DNA of 64,000 bases, taken from positions 51,150 through 115,149 of the forward strand of contig JAABRR010000015.1 in NCBI GenBank assembly GCA_011390785.1, given 5' to 3'. A program made the position numbers and the translations under genes. The stretch is from Sphingobacteriia bacterium. Lineage in GTDB: Bacteria; Bacteroidota; Bacteroidia; Bacteroidales; UBA7960. The notes beneath the pieces were generated by a model. That model was given only the letters and a program-made list of their open reading frames with translations. It did no database searches and was not told the DNA's origin. Below are positions 1 to 8,674 of this stretch, in pieces (within the stretch, counting starts at the first letter, position 1; each line of letters opens with the position of its first letter).

Positions 1-1
1 T

Positions 2-436
2 ACTTCCTACAATTGTGAAAATCGTGATTTTTGCCATTATGTATTACCGGCCTTGGTTGAAGCAGAGAATCAGTTTGAAATTGTTCAGGAAGAAACTTTT
101 GCTCCCATTCTTTATGTAATAAAATACAAAACCATTGAAGAAGCCATAGCGATAAATAATGGGGTGCCACAAGGGTTGTCGTCAGCTATTTTTACCGAGA
201 ATCTGCGCGAATCAGAATTGTTCCTTTCCGAAACAGGCTCAGACTGTGGTATTGCCAATGTAAATATTGGAACTTCGGGCGCCGAAATTGGAGGAGCATT
301 TGGTGGCGAGAAAGATACTGGTGGTGGCCGCGAATCGGGTTCCGATTCATGGAAAAGCTACATGCGTCGCCAAACCAACACCATAAACTACTCAACCGAT
401 TTGCCCCTGGCACAGGGAATTCAGTTTGGATTTTAA
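2..436 (+). CDS. aldehyde dehydrogenase, ALDH7/antiquitin-like (alpha-aminoadipic semialdehyde dehydrogenase type), C-terminal fragment; 5' end outside the window
   Basis: The frame is open from the window edge to the stop at 434-436. '[10 protein letters not shown]', 'GLSSAIFT' and '[53 protein letters not shown]' match the conserved C-terminus of ALDH7A1-type enzymes as I remember it. Confidence 0.8.
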   Translation, partial: TSYNCENRDFCHYVLPALVEAENQFEIVQEETFAPILYVIKYKTIEEAIAINNGVPQGLSSAIFTENLRESELFLSETGSDCGIANVNIGTSGAEIGGAFGGEKDTGGGRESGSDSWKSYMRRQTNTINYSTDLPLAQGIQFGF

Positions 437-456
437 TAAAAATCATCCTTTTATAG

Positions 457-496
457 AAACAAAGCCTGTCAACTTAATTAGTGACGGGCTTTGTTT
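457..496. terminator. bidirectional rho-independent terminator between convergent genes
   Basis: Arms 'aaacaaagcctgtca' and 'tgacgggctttgttt' form a 15-bp stem with one G-U pair. A/T runs flank both sides. It lies between the ALDH stop and the mop stop. Confidence 0.6.
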
Positions 497-552
497 ATTA
501 AGAAGAGTTATGAAAGTTTTCAACAAATTAAAGTAGGGCAAGAAAACTTGTT

Positions 553-759
553 TTATTTGGCAATCATTACATCGGTAGATTTTATTACGGCAAATACTTC
601 ATCGCCCACTTTAAGGTTCAATTCTTCTACACTGTCTATGGTTATCATCGAATTGATAACATTTTCCCCGGGAATTTCTACCCTTACCTTGGCCATTACA
701 CTTCCAATTTTTATTTCCCTGATCGTACCTTTTACCTGATTTCTTGCGCTTAGTTCCAT
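553..759 (-). CDS. mop: molybdenum-pterin-binding protein Mop (single TOBE domain, 68 aa)
   Basis: 'ELSARNQVKGTIREIKIGSVMAKVRVEI...ITIDSVEELNLKVGDEVFAVIKSTDVMIAK' is the classical 68-aa Mop/TOBE pattern (SARNQ.KG ... IKS..VMI). Confidence 0.8.
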   Translation of the reverse strand: MELSARNQVKGTIREIKIGSVMAKVRVEIPGENVINSMITIDSVEELNLKVGDEVFAVIKSTDVMIAK

Positions 760-850
760 AGTTTTTTTATTATGATAAAATTTTTATTATTAACTTATCT
801 AATTAACCCCTATTTAATTGAAATGTTCTTTTCTTACATTTTTTTATTGC

Positions 851-1924
851 TTAATCTGTAAAAAGATAAATTTCTGCCAGTGCTTTTACCGAGCGGTCGG
901 CATAAAACTCTGAAGGAGAGAAAATCCGATAAAATCCCCAATCACTGGTATCTTCTGAAACGGCTAAAATAGGAGAAACCTGATCAGTGCGATTGAACAA
1001 CTCGCTAAAGCTATAAATAGCCCTGTACCCATCGGCCCCGGCAAAACATACCAGACCATTCTTGTTCCATTCTTTTGATGTTGGGTTAATTACCCCTGCA
1101 AGCTTATGGTTTAACGTTGGGCCTGAGAACAATTTTGCATGATGATAACCCATCCCCATGCCATAAAAACAGGAATAATACGTTTGATGAAAGTTGTTGG
1201 CAGTGTCTGGAAGTATTTCCAGTATCTTTTGGTTGTTTAGAACCACATTTACACTTTCGCTATTGAGTGGGCTAAGATCACGATCTATAGAATACTTCTT
1301 TTTATCAAATGATTTTACGGTAATGCGTGTAGGATTTTCAAGATTTCTGAAACCATAGAGATCGTTGGCCGCCACAACTTTCCATTTTTCGGCCATTGGG
1401 TAGCTCACTTCCTTTCTATGAGGTTCAATCTGGGCCATTTCTGTGGCAATTAAAATTTGATGCGGAAGGTTTGTGTGATAAATCTCAGACCATGAGAAAG
1501 AAACTTCTTCTCCTTTATCATTTTCAATAACTATATAAATATCTACCTGGGGACGAAATAAATCAGCATTTTTCTTGGCTATAGTTCTGGGGTGTAACAA
1601 GTCGAAAAGGGAATATCCTTTATAGCGGTAAGCTCCCAAAAACACCATACCGCTGTCGGGGTTAAAAAGGGTTTCTTTTATCACAACTTCGCGTTTGTAG
1701 AAATCTGATGTGTTAATCTCACCCGGGTTTTCAATTTCGCCGGAAATGCTCAGGATGGTTTCCTGCAGAGTATGTTCTTTTATTTGATGAAACAAACTGT
1801 TTCCATTGGCAGTCATGGACTTGCTGGCTCCACTTATGGCGTCAGGCAGATACTGACAAGAAGATAAAAGCGGAATAGTTAAGCTAATGATCAAGATTTG
1901 ATAAATGAAAGGTGTGAGATTCAT
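851..1924 (-). CDS. hypothetical lipoprotein, possibly two tandem molybdopterin-oxidoreductase-like folds
   Basis: This is a long ORF. The likely start is the internal 'MNLTPFIYQILIISLTIPLLSSCQ' (lipobox LSSC); the ORF track starts at 1969. Two internally similar segments ('GYSLFDLL...VSFSWSEIY...ILIATEM' and 'GPTLNHKL...GYRAIYSFSELF...PILAV') are reminiscent of Oxidored_molyb-type domains. It sits next to mop/modE/wtpA. Confidence 0.35.
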   Translation of the reverse strand: MNLTPFIYQILIISLTIPLLSSCQYLPDAISGASKSMTANGNSLFHQIKEHTLQETILSISGEIENPGEINTSDFYKREVVIKETLFNPDSGMVFLGAYRYKGYSLFDLLHPRTIAKKNADLFRPQVDIYIVIENDKGEEVSFSWSEIYHTNLPHQILIATEMAQIEPHRKEVSYPMAEKWKVVAANDLYGFRNLENPTRITVKSFDKKKYSIDRDLSPLNSESVNVVLNNQKILEILPDTANNFHQTYYSCFYGMGMGYHHAKLFSGPTLNHKLAGVINPTSKEWNKNGLVCFAGADGYRAIYSFSELFNRTDQVSPILAVSEDTSDWGFYRIFSPSEFYADRSVKALAEIYLFTD

Positions 1925-2214
1925 AAGATAAATGTATTTAAGTGGATATGCAATAATTACATATCGCAAAATTGCAATTTATTATTGAATTATAGGATTA
2001 GATTTCTTATTTAAAATGAATTAAAATTTGGATTTCTATAATTCTTAGAGAGCATTTAAACAGGATGTTGTAATTTTTATTTTGCTGGTTGTTGCTTTTT
2101 TAGCAATTAGATTGAACCTAAATTATTAATTTTGCCATGAAATTGAATAGGAAAATTTCGTTGCAAATATTAGCAAGAACTACATTTGATTTTTTATATA
2201 TCGTAAATTACAAT

Positions 2215-2589
2215 ATGAATTCATCAAAATTAGAGCTAAAACTAAATTATAAATTCTGGATAGAATCCCAGCAAGGTATTTCCATTTTGGGTGAAGGTAA
2301 GTGGAAGCTTTTAAAAGCCATTGAGCGGCATGGTTCACTTAAAGCGGCTGTTGATGAAATGGGTTACGCATACCGGCAAACCTGGCAAAATGTAAAGGAA
2401 ATTGAAGAAAAGCTGGGTTTTGCAATCATTGAAAAATCACGTGGCGGAGAGAAAGGAGGGCAAACCATTTTAACCGAAAAAGGAAGAATGATAGTAGCCT
2501 TTTTTGACAAGCTCTATGGCGAAACTAATGCGTTTCTTGAGTTTGAATTTGGGAAATTAATTAAGGAATTAAATAAGATAACTCAATAG
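2215..2589 (+). CDS. ModE-N-terminal-like winged-helix regulator (molybdate-responsive regulator family, no TOBE domains)
   Basis: 'ILGEGKWKLLKAIERHGSLKAAVDEMGYAYRQTWQNVKEIEEKLGFAIIEKSRGGEKGGQTILTEKGR' matches the ModE HTH domain pattern. The ORF is open from 2137, but ATG 2215 ('MNSSKLELK') is the more plausible start. Confidence 0.65.
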   Translation: MNSSKLELKLNYKFWIESQQGISILGEGKWKLLKAIERHGSLKAAVDEMGYAYRQTWQNVKEIEEKLGFAIIEKSRGGEKGGQTILTEKGRMIVAFFDKLYGETNAFLEFEFGKLIKELNKITQ

Positions 2590-2843
2590 TTTTTTTTATT
2601 AACCGATATGTAAAACGTGCAACACGCTATTTTCAATCAATTGTTTATCATTTTTATGGCATATTCTTTTTGATCAGGATTTTGCAGATAGCCGAAACCT
2701 TGTTGCTTCAGGTCGTCTGGCTTTTGTAGAATTGAAATAATCGTCCTGAAAAATGTTATTTTGCAAGTAAAAACAGTGCCCTAACCACACAATAAATCAA
2801 TGTTTACAAGTAACTGTGCAAAGTTTTTAAGAAGCATTGATTT

Positions 2844-2880
2844 TCCGGAAGCTGGGTTTCCCCAGCTTCCGGATTTATTT
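2844..2880 (+). terminator. strong hairpin plus T-tract in the leader of wtpA (attenuator or riboswitch expression-platform candidate)
   Basis: Perfect 13-bp inverted repeat 'tccggaagctggg'/'cccagcttccgga' with a 4-nt loop, followed by 'tttattt'. It ends 40 nt upstream of ATG 2920 and lies about 255 nt after the modE-like stop. Confidence 0.5.
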
Positions 2881-2919
2881 GAATAATGGTTAATTTTATT
2901 TCTTAAATTCCTGTAGACT

Positions 2920-3879
2920 ATGAATATTTTTAAAAGATTACTGGTTATATCGGCCCTTGCAGTTATTGTTTCTTGCCATCAAACCGGGAATAGTGATTCT
3001 TCCATTACACTCCATGTTATACATGCGGGTAGTCTTACCCAACCTGTCCATGAAATTGCTGATGCCTTTAAGAAAGAGAACCCCGGTGTTGTAATTCTTA
3101 CCGAAGCCTGGGGCAGCAAAGCAGGAGCAAGGCGGGTAATCGATATCAATACGCCTGCTGATATTTTTTTGTCTGCCGATTATATGGTAATAGAAAACAT
3201 GCTTATACCTGATCATGCATCATGGTATATTCCCTTTGCTACCAACGAACTGGCCATTGTTTACACACCTAAATCGCGATATGCAGAGAGCATTACAGTA
3301 GCAAACTGGCACGAAATTCTGCTGAAACCCGATGTTAAGTTTGGGAGAAGCAATCCGGATATGGACCCATGCGGAGTAAGAAGTGTATTTGCCATTCAGC
3401 TGGCTGAAGATTTGGAAAATGATGTGGGTTTGGCCGAAAAGCTGCTGCAAAAAGATAAAGACAACATCAGGCCCAAGGAAACGGATTTGATTGCTTTACT
3501 GGAGAGCCATCATATCGACTATATATTTCTTTATAAAAGTGTTGCAGTACAGCACGGTCTGGAATATCTGCAACTGCCTGACAGCTTGAGCCTGGGCAAT
3601 TTTACCCTTAACGATTGGTATAGGCAGGCAAGTGTGCAAACCCTGGGCACCGAACCCGGTGAAACGATTACAGAATATGGAGAAGCGATGGTTTATGGCC
3701 TTACCATTCCACACAAAACCACTGAAATGGAGTGGGCTGAAAAATTTGTAACTTTTGTTCTTGACCCTAAAAAGGGACAAGAAATCCTTTCCAGAATGGG
3801 ACAGGAGCCGATCGGTGAATTTGTGAATCCATATACCGAAATTATTCCTGAAAAGTTAAGACAAAAAATCAATCCTTAA
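2920..3879 (+). CDS. wtpA: WtpA-type tungstate/molybdate ABC transporter substrate-binding lipoprotein
   Basis: Signal peptide with 'VSC'. 'HVIHAGSL', 'SADYMVIENMLIP', 'NELAIVYT' and 'NWHEILLKPDVKFGRSNPDMDPCGVRS' parallel archaeal WtpA motifs as I recall them. Confidence 0.6.
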   Translation: MNIFKRLLVISALAVIVSCHQTGNSDSSITLHVIHAGSLTQPVHEIADAFKKENPGVVILTEAWGSKAGARRVIDINTPADIFLSADYMVIENMLIPDHASWYIPFATNELAIVYTPKSRYAESITVANWHEILLKPDVKFGRSNPDMDPCGVRSVFAIQLAEDLENDVGLAEKLLQKDKDNIRPKETDLIALLESHHIDYIFLYKSVAVQHGLEYLQLPDSLSLGNFTLNDWYRQASVQTLGTEPGETITEYGEAMVYGLTIPHKTTEMEWAEKFVTFVLDPKKGQEILSRMGQEPIGEFVNPYTEIIPEKLRQKINP

Positions 3880-4022
3880 TTCGAAAATAACCTTCTAAAT
3901 TTCTACGTAGCCAATTATAAGGAAAGGCAATAGAATCTTTCTGGTTATTTTTCAATCTTCTTAAGACATATTATTTATCTTAACCTTTCATCAAGTCAGT
4001 TTATACTTTTAAGCAATAGCTC

Positions 4023-4655
4023 TTATTGACTAAGCTTATTACCAAAAAGATGCCTTAGCTTTTGCATTTTCGGACTAATTACATAAGTGCAGTAGGGCTG
4101 GTTGGGATTATTTTTGTAATAATTTTGGTGATAATCTTCAGCCACATAAAACTCTTTTAAGGGTGATATCTCTGTAACCAATGGATTTTCCCAAAGATCT
4201 GAAGCATCAATTTCAGCAAACACTTCTTTGGCTTTTTTTTCCTGATCGTTGTTGTGATAGAAAATAACCGATCTGTATTGTGTTCCCACATCTGCGCCTT
4301 GTCGGTTCAGAGTTGTAGGGTCGTGCAAATGGAAAAAGATCTCCAGGATTTCCTGGTAGGAAATAACAGCCGGGTCAAAAGATAGTTGAACTACTTCTGC
4401 ATGACCGGTTCTGCCGGTAGTTACTTCGCGATAAGCAGGGTTTTTTATGTGGCCGCCACTGTATCCGCTGGTTGCAGAAATAATTCCTTTTACATCAAGA
4501 AATACGGCTTCAATGCACCAGAAACAGCCTCCACCCAGAGTAGCTGTTTCAAATTGTTCTGAATTATTATTTATCATATCTGTTGTTTTTGTTTCGGCAC
4601 TGCTGCAAGCAAAGAACATAACAAGCAGTAGAGGCAAAATTTGTTTTACTATCAT
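4023..4655 (-). CDS. msrA: peptide-methionine (S)-S-oxide reductase MsrA, exported/lipoprotein form
   Basis: 'GGGCFWCIEAVF' active site, 'GHAEVVQLSFDP', 'DPTTLNRQGADVGTQYRS'. The N-terminal signal has 'FFACSS'. Confidence 0.9.
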   Translation of the reverse strand: MIVKQILPLLLVMFFACSSAETKTTDMINNNSEQFETATLGGGCFWCIEAVFLDVKGIISATSGYSGGHIKNPAYREVTTGRTGHAEVVQLSFDPAVISYQEILEIFFHLHDPTTLNRQGADVGTQYRSVIFYHNNDQEKKAKEVFAEIDASDLWENPLVTEISPLKEFYVAEDYHQNYYKNNPNQPYCTYVISPKMQKLRHLFGNKLSQ

Positions 4656-4788
4656 AGTTTTAAAATTTTCTTTATTGTATGGTTGAAAACATTTTTATGG
4701 TATTCAAAGTTCAAAAATCAATTGGTAATAAAACAAAACTTTGTGTTGGGTTTATCTATCTTTGTGCAGGGTTTTAAATACACAATTA

Positions 4789-4917
4789 AGTCCACTCCGA
4801 AAAGTAGCAGACCCCCCGACCCCCTATAAGGGAGAGTTCGCAACTAATTAAATTACAAAGCATTGTGAATTCGGGTTTGATGATTGTCATAAATAAATAT
4901 ACTTTTCGGCGTAGACT
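4789..4917 (+). ncRNA. candidate structured RNA element (129 nt) directly upstream of the 4936 membrane-protein gene
   Basis: The closing stem 4789-4806 'agtccactccgaaaagta' pairs with 4900-4917 'tacttttcggcgtagact' at 16 of 18 positions. A nested stem 4834-4843 'gagttcgcaa' pairs with 4863-4872 'ttgtgaattc' over 10 bp, including two G-U pairs that work only on the + strand. Confidence 0.25.
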
Positions 4918-4935
4918 CATAATTCCAATATTTTT

Positions 4936-6270
4936 ATGCAGATACTTCTATCGCTGTTTTGGTTTTTAGTTTTTGCCTGGCTTATTGGTAAAATCCCCTT
5001 TTTTAAGAATATTAAAGGTTTGCCATATCGGCTTGCTATTATTTTTTTTGGTTTGAAAACCCTTGCCGGTTCGGTATTGATTTATATTTATACCTACTAC
5101 TACACCGACCCTGACTATGCTGATGTTTACAAATATTTTTATGATGGACAGACTATGTTTCGGGTAATCTCCGAAAATCCGATTGATTATTTGCGTATGC
5201 TTAGCGGAATAGGGGGTTCCGCAGATCATCTTGCAGTTTATTATGAAAAGTTAGATCACTGGTACAGGCCATGGTCTTCAGAATTATACAACGATAGCCG
5301 CCTGGTTATTCGGTTTAATGCGTTGGTTTCCATATTTTCTTTTGGATATATTCATGTGCATAATGTTTTTATCAACTTTTTCTCATTTAGCGGTTTGGTA
5401 GCATTGTTGAGATTCTTTTCAAGATATTCTGATAAAGAAAAAGTAAAGTGGCTGGCTCTGGGTATCTTTCTTTTTCCCGGTTTGCTTTTCTGGGGTTCAG
5501 GGATTTTGAAGGAAGGATTGTTGATATGGTCTTTTGGTTTCTGGGTGTTTTATGTTGACGAACTGATTTTTAAAAGAAAAATTAAAATTGGAGTATTATT
5601 ATTGGTTTTGTGGTATAGCTTCATCCTGCTGTTATTAAAACCTTATACGCTTTTATTGTGGCTTCCCTGTATGATTATTTTTTATTTTATACGCAATAGC
5701 AGTGTAATTAAGGTAAATGTTGTCTATTTTGCTGTAATTGCTTTTCTGGCTCTTTTAGCAACTTTTTCGGGCAAAATAATCCCTGGTTTAGATGTGCTGG
5801 AGTTTATTGCTACCAGGCAAAATGATTTTGTAGTACATTCTCTTTCTCTTGATGCAGGCAGCCAGATTCACTTTGCTTTTCTTCAGCCAACCTTTACAGA
5901 TGTATCGCTGGCCTATTTAAAAGGAATCGTCGATGCTTTTTTCAGGCCCCATATTTTCGAAGTTTATTCTGCCGTAACCTTCATGGCTGCATTTGAAAAT
6001 CTTATGTTGATAGCAATGGTGATATATGTGATTTTCTTTTTCGACAAAAGAAATCTAAATGCTTACCCTTTAAAATGGTCGGGCTTTTGGTTTACACTAC
6101 TGTTGTTTGGTTTTATTGGCATGATAACCGTAGCCTATGGCGGAATGGTACGTTACAGAATTCCTGCTTTACCTTTTTTGTGGTTGTTTCTTATCCATAT
6201 GGCAAACATGCCTAAACTAACAGGGAAAATATTTGGGCCTACAGGTTTTTTTTACGCTAAAAATGACTAA
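4936..6270 (+). CDS. polytopic integral membrane protein, unknown function (glycosyltransferase-C/ArnT-like topology possible)
   Basis: 444-aa ORF with at least 10 hydrophobic segments. I recognise no motif with confidence. Confidence 0.5.
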   Translation: MQILLSLFWFLVFAWLIGKIPFFKNIKGLPYRLAIIFFGLKTLAGSVLIYIYTYYYTDPDYADVYKYFYDGQTMFRVISENPIDYLRMLSGIGGSADHLAVYYEKLDHWYRPWSSELYNDSRLVIRFNALVSIFSFGYIHVHNVFINFFSFSGLVALLRFFSRYSDKEKVKWLALGIFLFPGLLFWGSGILKEGLLIWSFGFWVFYVDELIFKRKIKIGVLLLVLWYSFILLLLKPYTLLLWLPCMIIFYFIRNSSVIKVNVVYFAVIAFLALLATFSGKIIPGLDVLEFIATRQNDFVVHSLSLDAGSQIHFAFLQPTFTDVSLAYLKGIVDAFFRPHIFEVYSAVTFMAAFENLMLIAMVIYVIFFFDKRNLNAYPLKWSGFWFTLLLFGFIGMITVAYGGMVRYRIPALPFLWLFLIHMANMPKLTGKIFGPTGFFYAKND

Positions 6271-6365
6271 CCTTTTACCAATATCTGCGTATAATTTTTT
6301 GGATTCCTAAATTTCTGGTTATTTTCAGGTGTTTTAGGTTTCGACAAGAGATTTTATTTTTGATA

Positions 6366-7160
6366 ATGAAAAAGATAAAAAAAATGATTAACAAAACTGC
6401 ATTAATAACAGGTGCCAGCAGCGGAATAGGTTATGCATGCGCTGAATCATTGGCCGCAGTTGGTTATCAGTTAATAATTACTGCCCGGAGAAAAGAAAGG
6501 ATTAAAGAACTGGCAACAGATTTGGCCAAAAGGTATTCTGTTAATGTATTGCCACTTGTTTTCGATGTAAGAAAGAAGGAAGAAGTTTTTTCTGCCATAT
6601 CAAATCTGCCAGATGCTTATAAGCAGATAGATCTTTTGGTTAATAATGCTGGTTTGGCTTTAGGTCTTAGTGATATTCAGGGAGGTGATACTTCAGACTG
6701 GGATCAAATGATAGATACCAATGTAAAGGGGGTATTATACGTAAGCAAGGCAGTAATACCTGGAATGATTCAACGCAAACAAGGGCATATCATAAACATA
6801 GGAAGTATAGCTGGTAAAGAAACCTACCCGAAAGGAAATGTCTACTGTGCTTCCAAACATGCAGTAACCAGTTTGTCGAAAGCAATGAGAATGGAGCTTG
6901 TGGAGCATAATATTAAGGTTACTTTAGTAAATCCCGGAGCAGCTGATACGGAGTTTTCTTTGGTTCGTTTTAAAGGAGATGAAAGTGCAGCAAAAAAGGT
7001 ATATGAAGGATTTGAGCCTCTAAAGGCTGAAGATATTTCTCAATGCGTAGTTTTTTGTGCTCAATTGCCATTGCATGTCAACGTAGATGATATGGTTATT
7101 ATGCCCACTGCGCAGGCAACTGCATCAGTTAGCCTGTTCAACAGGACACAGACCGGATGA
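6366..7160 (+). CDS. SDR family NAD(P)-dependent oxidoreductase (YdfG/serine 3-dehydrogenase-like)
   Basis: 'TGASSGIGYA' (TGxxxGxG), 'NNAG', and the catalytic 'YCASKHAV' (YxxxK). The TTG at 6360 is an alternative start. Confidence 0.85.
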   Translation: MKKIKKMINKTALITGASSGIGYACAESLAAVGYQLIITARRKERIKELATDLAKRYSVNVLPLVFDVRKKEEVFSAISNLPDAYKQIDLLVNNAGLALGLSDIQGGDTSDWDQMIDTNVKGVLYVSKAVIPGMIQRKQGHIINIGSIAGKETYPKGNVYCASKHAVTSLSKAMRMELVEHNIKVTLVNPGAADTEFSLVRFKGDESAAKKVYEGFEPLKAEDISQCVVFCAQLPLHVNVDDMVIMPTAQATASVSLFNRTQTG

Positions 7161-7293
7161 TTGTAATATGTATGAAGAAAGAATTTTTTGTATTTTTCAC
7201 AAACTTATCGTTATTTTGTACTTTAATGGTTCTTTCTCTAAAAAAACCATAATTTTTTTGAGCTAAGAGTCTGATTTTTTAAAACAAAAACAA

Positions 7294-7944
7294 ATGGCAG
7301 AAACAATTCAAGTAATAATAGTTGATGATCACAAACTTGTGACTGATTGCATCGGTTTATTTCTAAGGGGGGCTAAAGATATTGATGTAATTGGGATTGC
7401 GCACAGTGGCAAGGATGCACTTAGCTTGCTTATGAAAGATGAACCTCATGTTGTCCTGGCAGATATTAGTATGCCTGAAATGTCGGGGATTCAACTTACC
7501 GCTGCAATTAAAGCAAAATATCCGAATGTTAAGATATTGATTCTTTCTATGCATTCTGATTATAATAATATATCTGAAGCAATTGATGCAGGTGCCGATG
7601 GGTATGTGCCTAAAGATGTTTCTTCGGAAGAATTAGTTGAAGCCATCACCACTGTGTCCCGTGGCAAGAATTATTTTCACTCAACTATTTCGGATGAGAT
7701 TGTGAAAAATTATGCCACCAAAAGACAGCAGGATGATACAATTTTACCACAGCTTACCCGTCGCGAATTAGAAGTATTACAACTTTTTGCCGAAGGATTT
7801 AACAATTCAGAAATTGCTGAAAAACTTTTTCTGAGTGTTAGAACCATAGAATCTCACAAAAATCATATTCTTCAGAAAACCAATATGAAAAATTCTGTTG
7901 AGCTAATAAAGTTTGCAATTAAAAACCGAATAATCGAAATCTGA
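7294..7944 (+). CDS. NarL/LuxR-family response regulator (REC + LuxR HTH)
   Basis: Acidic pocket 'VDDH', phospho-acceptor context 'VVLADISMPEMSG', and 'GYVPKD'. The C-terminal 'LTRRELEVLQLFAEGFNNSEIAEKLFLSVRTIESHKNHILQK' is a LuxR-type HTH. Confidence 0.9.
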   Translation: MAETIQVIIVDDHKLVTDCIGLFLRGAKDIDVIGIAHSGKDALSLLMKDEPHVVLADISMPEMSGIQLTAAIKAKYPNVKILILSMHSDYNNISEAIDAGADGYVPKDVSSEELVEAITTVSRGKNYFHSTISDEIVKNYATKRQQDDTILPQLTRRELEVLQLFAEGFNNSEIAEKLFLSVRTIESHKNHILQKTNMKNSVELIKFAIKNRIIEI

Positions 7945-7975
7945 TTTTAATTTTCAGGTCGCAAAGTATTATCAT

Positions 7976-8010
7976 AAACCCAAAATAGTATTATTTTGGG
8001 TTTTGTTTTG
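7976..8010 (+). terminator. rho-independent terminator after the response regulator gene
   Basis: 'aaacccaaaata' and 'tattttgggttt' form a 12-bp stem, followed by a T-rich tail 'tgttttg'. Confidence 0.6.
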
Positions 8011-8211
8011 CTCTAAAATTTCAGAAAAATTCTTTTTTCAGGAAGAAGGTTCAGACAGTATTTTTTTCCAGAGTGTTGAAAATGTGATAGATTAAAAATG
8101 CGGGGAGTATTTTGATGGGGGTAAAATTCCGTGTATTACCAATTCATTTCGCGTAAATTTACGGTTTCCCTGGTAGGATCTGGAATGTAAATTTGAATAA
8201 AAATTACATAC

Positions 8212-8529
8212 ATGATTGATACCCGTATAATAATAGCTGAAAGTAGTGATATAATGTTAGATGGTATTACTGCAATACTAAAAGAAGATTCAAATCTCCA
8301 GATTGTAGGAGGGGCAATTAAATACAATCACCTCTGCAGCCTCATAGAACAGACTCCTCATGATCTGGTGGTACTGGGTCCTATGATTACTGACAAGTTT
8401 AGCCATCAACTGATGGGTTATTTATTGAACCGGTTTCCTGAAATAAAAATTGCCCAGATAAACCTGGATGATGATAAAAACATCATTTTAAAAAAAATCA
8501 GGCGGGTAACAATGAACCTTGAAGTTTGA
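8212..8529 (+). CDS. stand-alone receiver-like protein lacking the phospho-acceptor Asp (pseudo-receiver)
   Basis: REC-like beta/alpha pattern 'RIIIAESSDIMLDGI...HDLVVLGPMITD'. E10-S11 replace the DD pair, and G56 replaces the acceptor Asp. Confidence 0.45.
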   Translation: MIDTRIIIAESSDIMLDGITAILKEDSNLQIVGGAIKYNHLCSLIEQTPHDLVVLGPMITDKFSHQLMGYLLNRFPEIKIAQINLDDDKNIILKKIRRVTMNLEV

Positions 8530-8640
8530 TTTGAATTAAAAGGAATTGATATTGATTTGATTTGTTTTTGTTTGTTTTATTTTGTTTTTGGGTTTGTAAA
8601 GTTTTGTTAAGTACTCTTCAAGTTAACAAAACTGATAATA

Positions 8641-8674
8641 AGCAGATAGAGGTTCGTCCGATATCTGCTTTTTT
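8641..8674 (+). terminator. rho-independent terminator
   Basis: 'agcagata' and 'tatctgct' form an 8-bp stem with a 13-nt loop, followed by a T6 run. Confidence 0.5.

Noticed and set aside
491-739. 82-aa plus-strand ORF overlapping mop.
   Set aside because: The opposite-strand 68-aa product is a textbook Mop/TOBE protein. The plus-strand product is hydrophobic low-complexity sequence that begins inside the terminator.
2195-2204. 'TATATATCGT' resembles one half of the E. coli ModE operator (TATATA-CGAT) just before the modE-like start codon.
   Set aside because: No matching left half lies at the expected spacing. TATATA strings are common in this AT-rich DNA.
8530-8600. T/G-rich run ('gatttgatttgtttttgtttgttttattttgtttttgggtttg'), considered as a tandem repeat or CRISPR-like feature.
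   Set aside because: It has no fixed repeat unit and no spacers. It is simple low-complexity sequence downstream of a stop codon.
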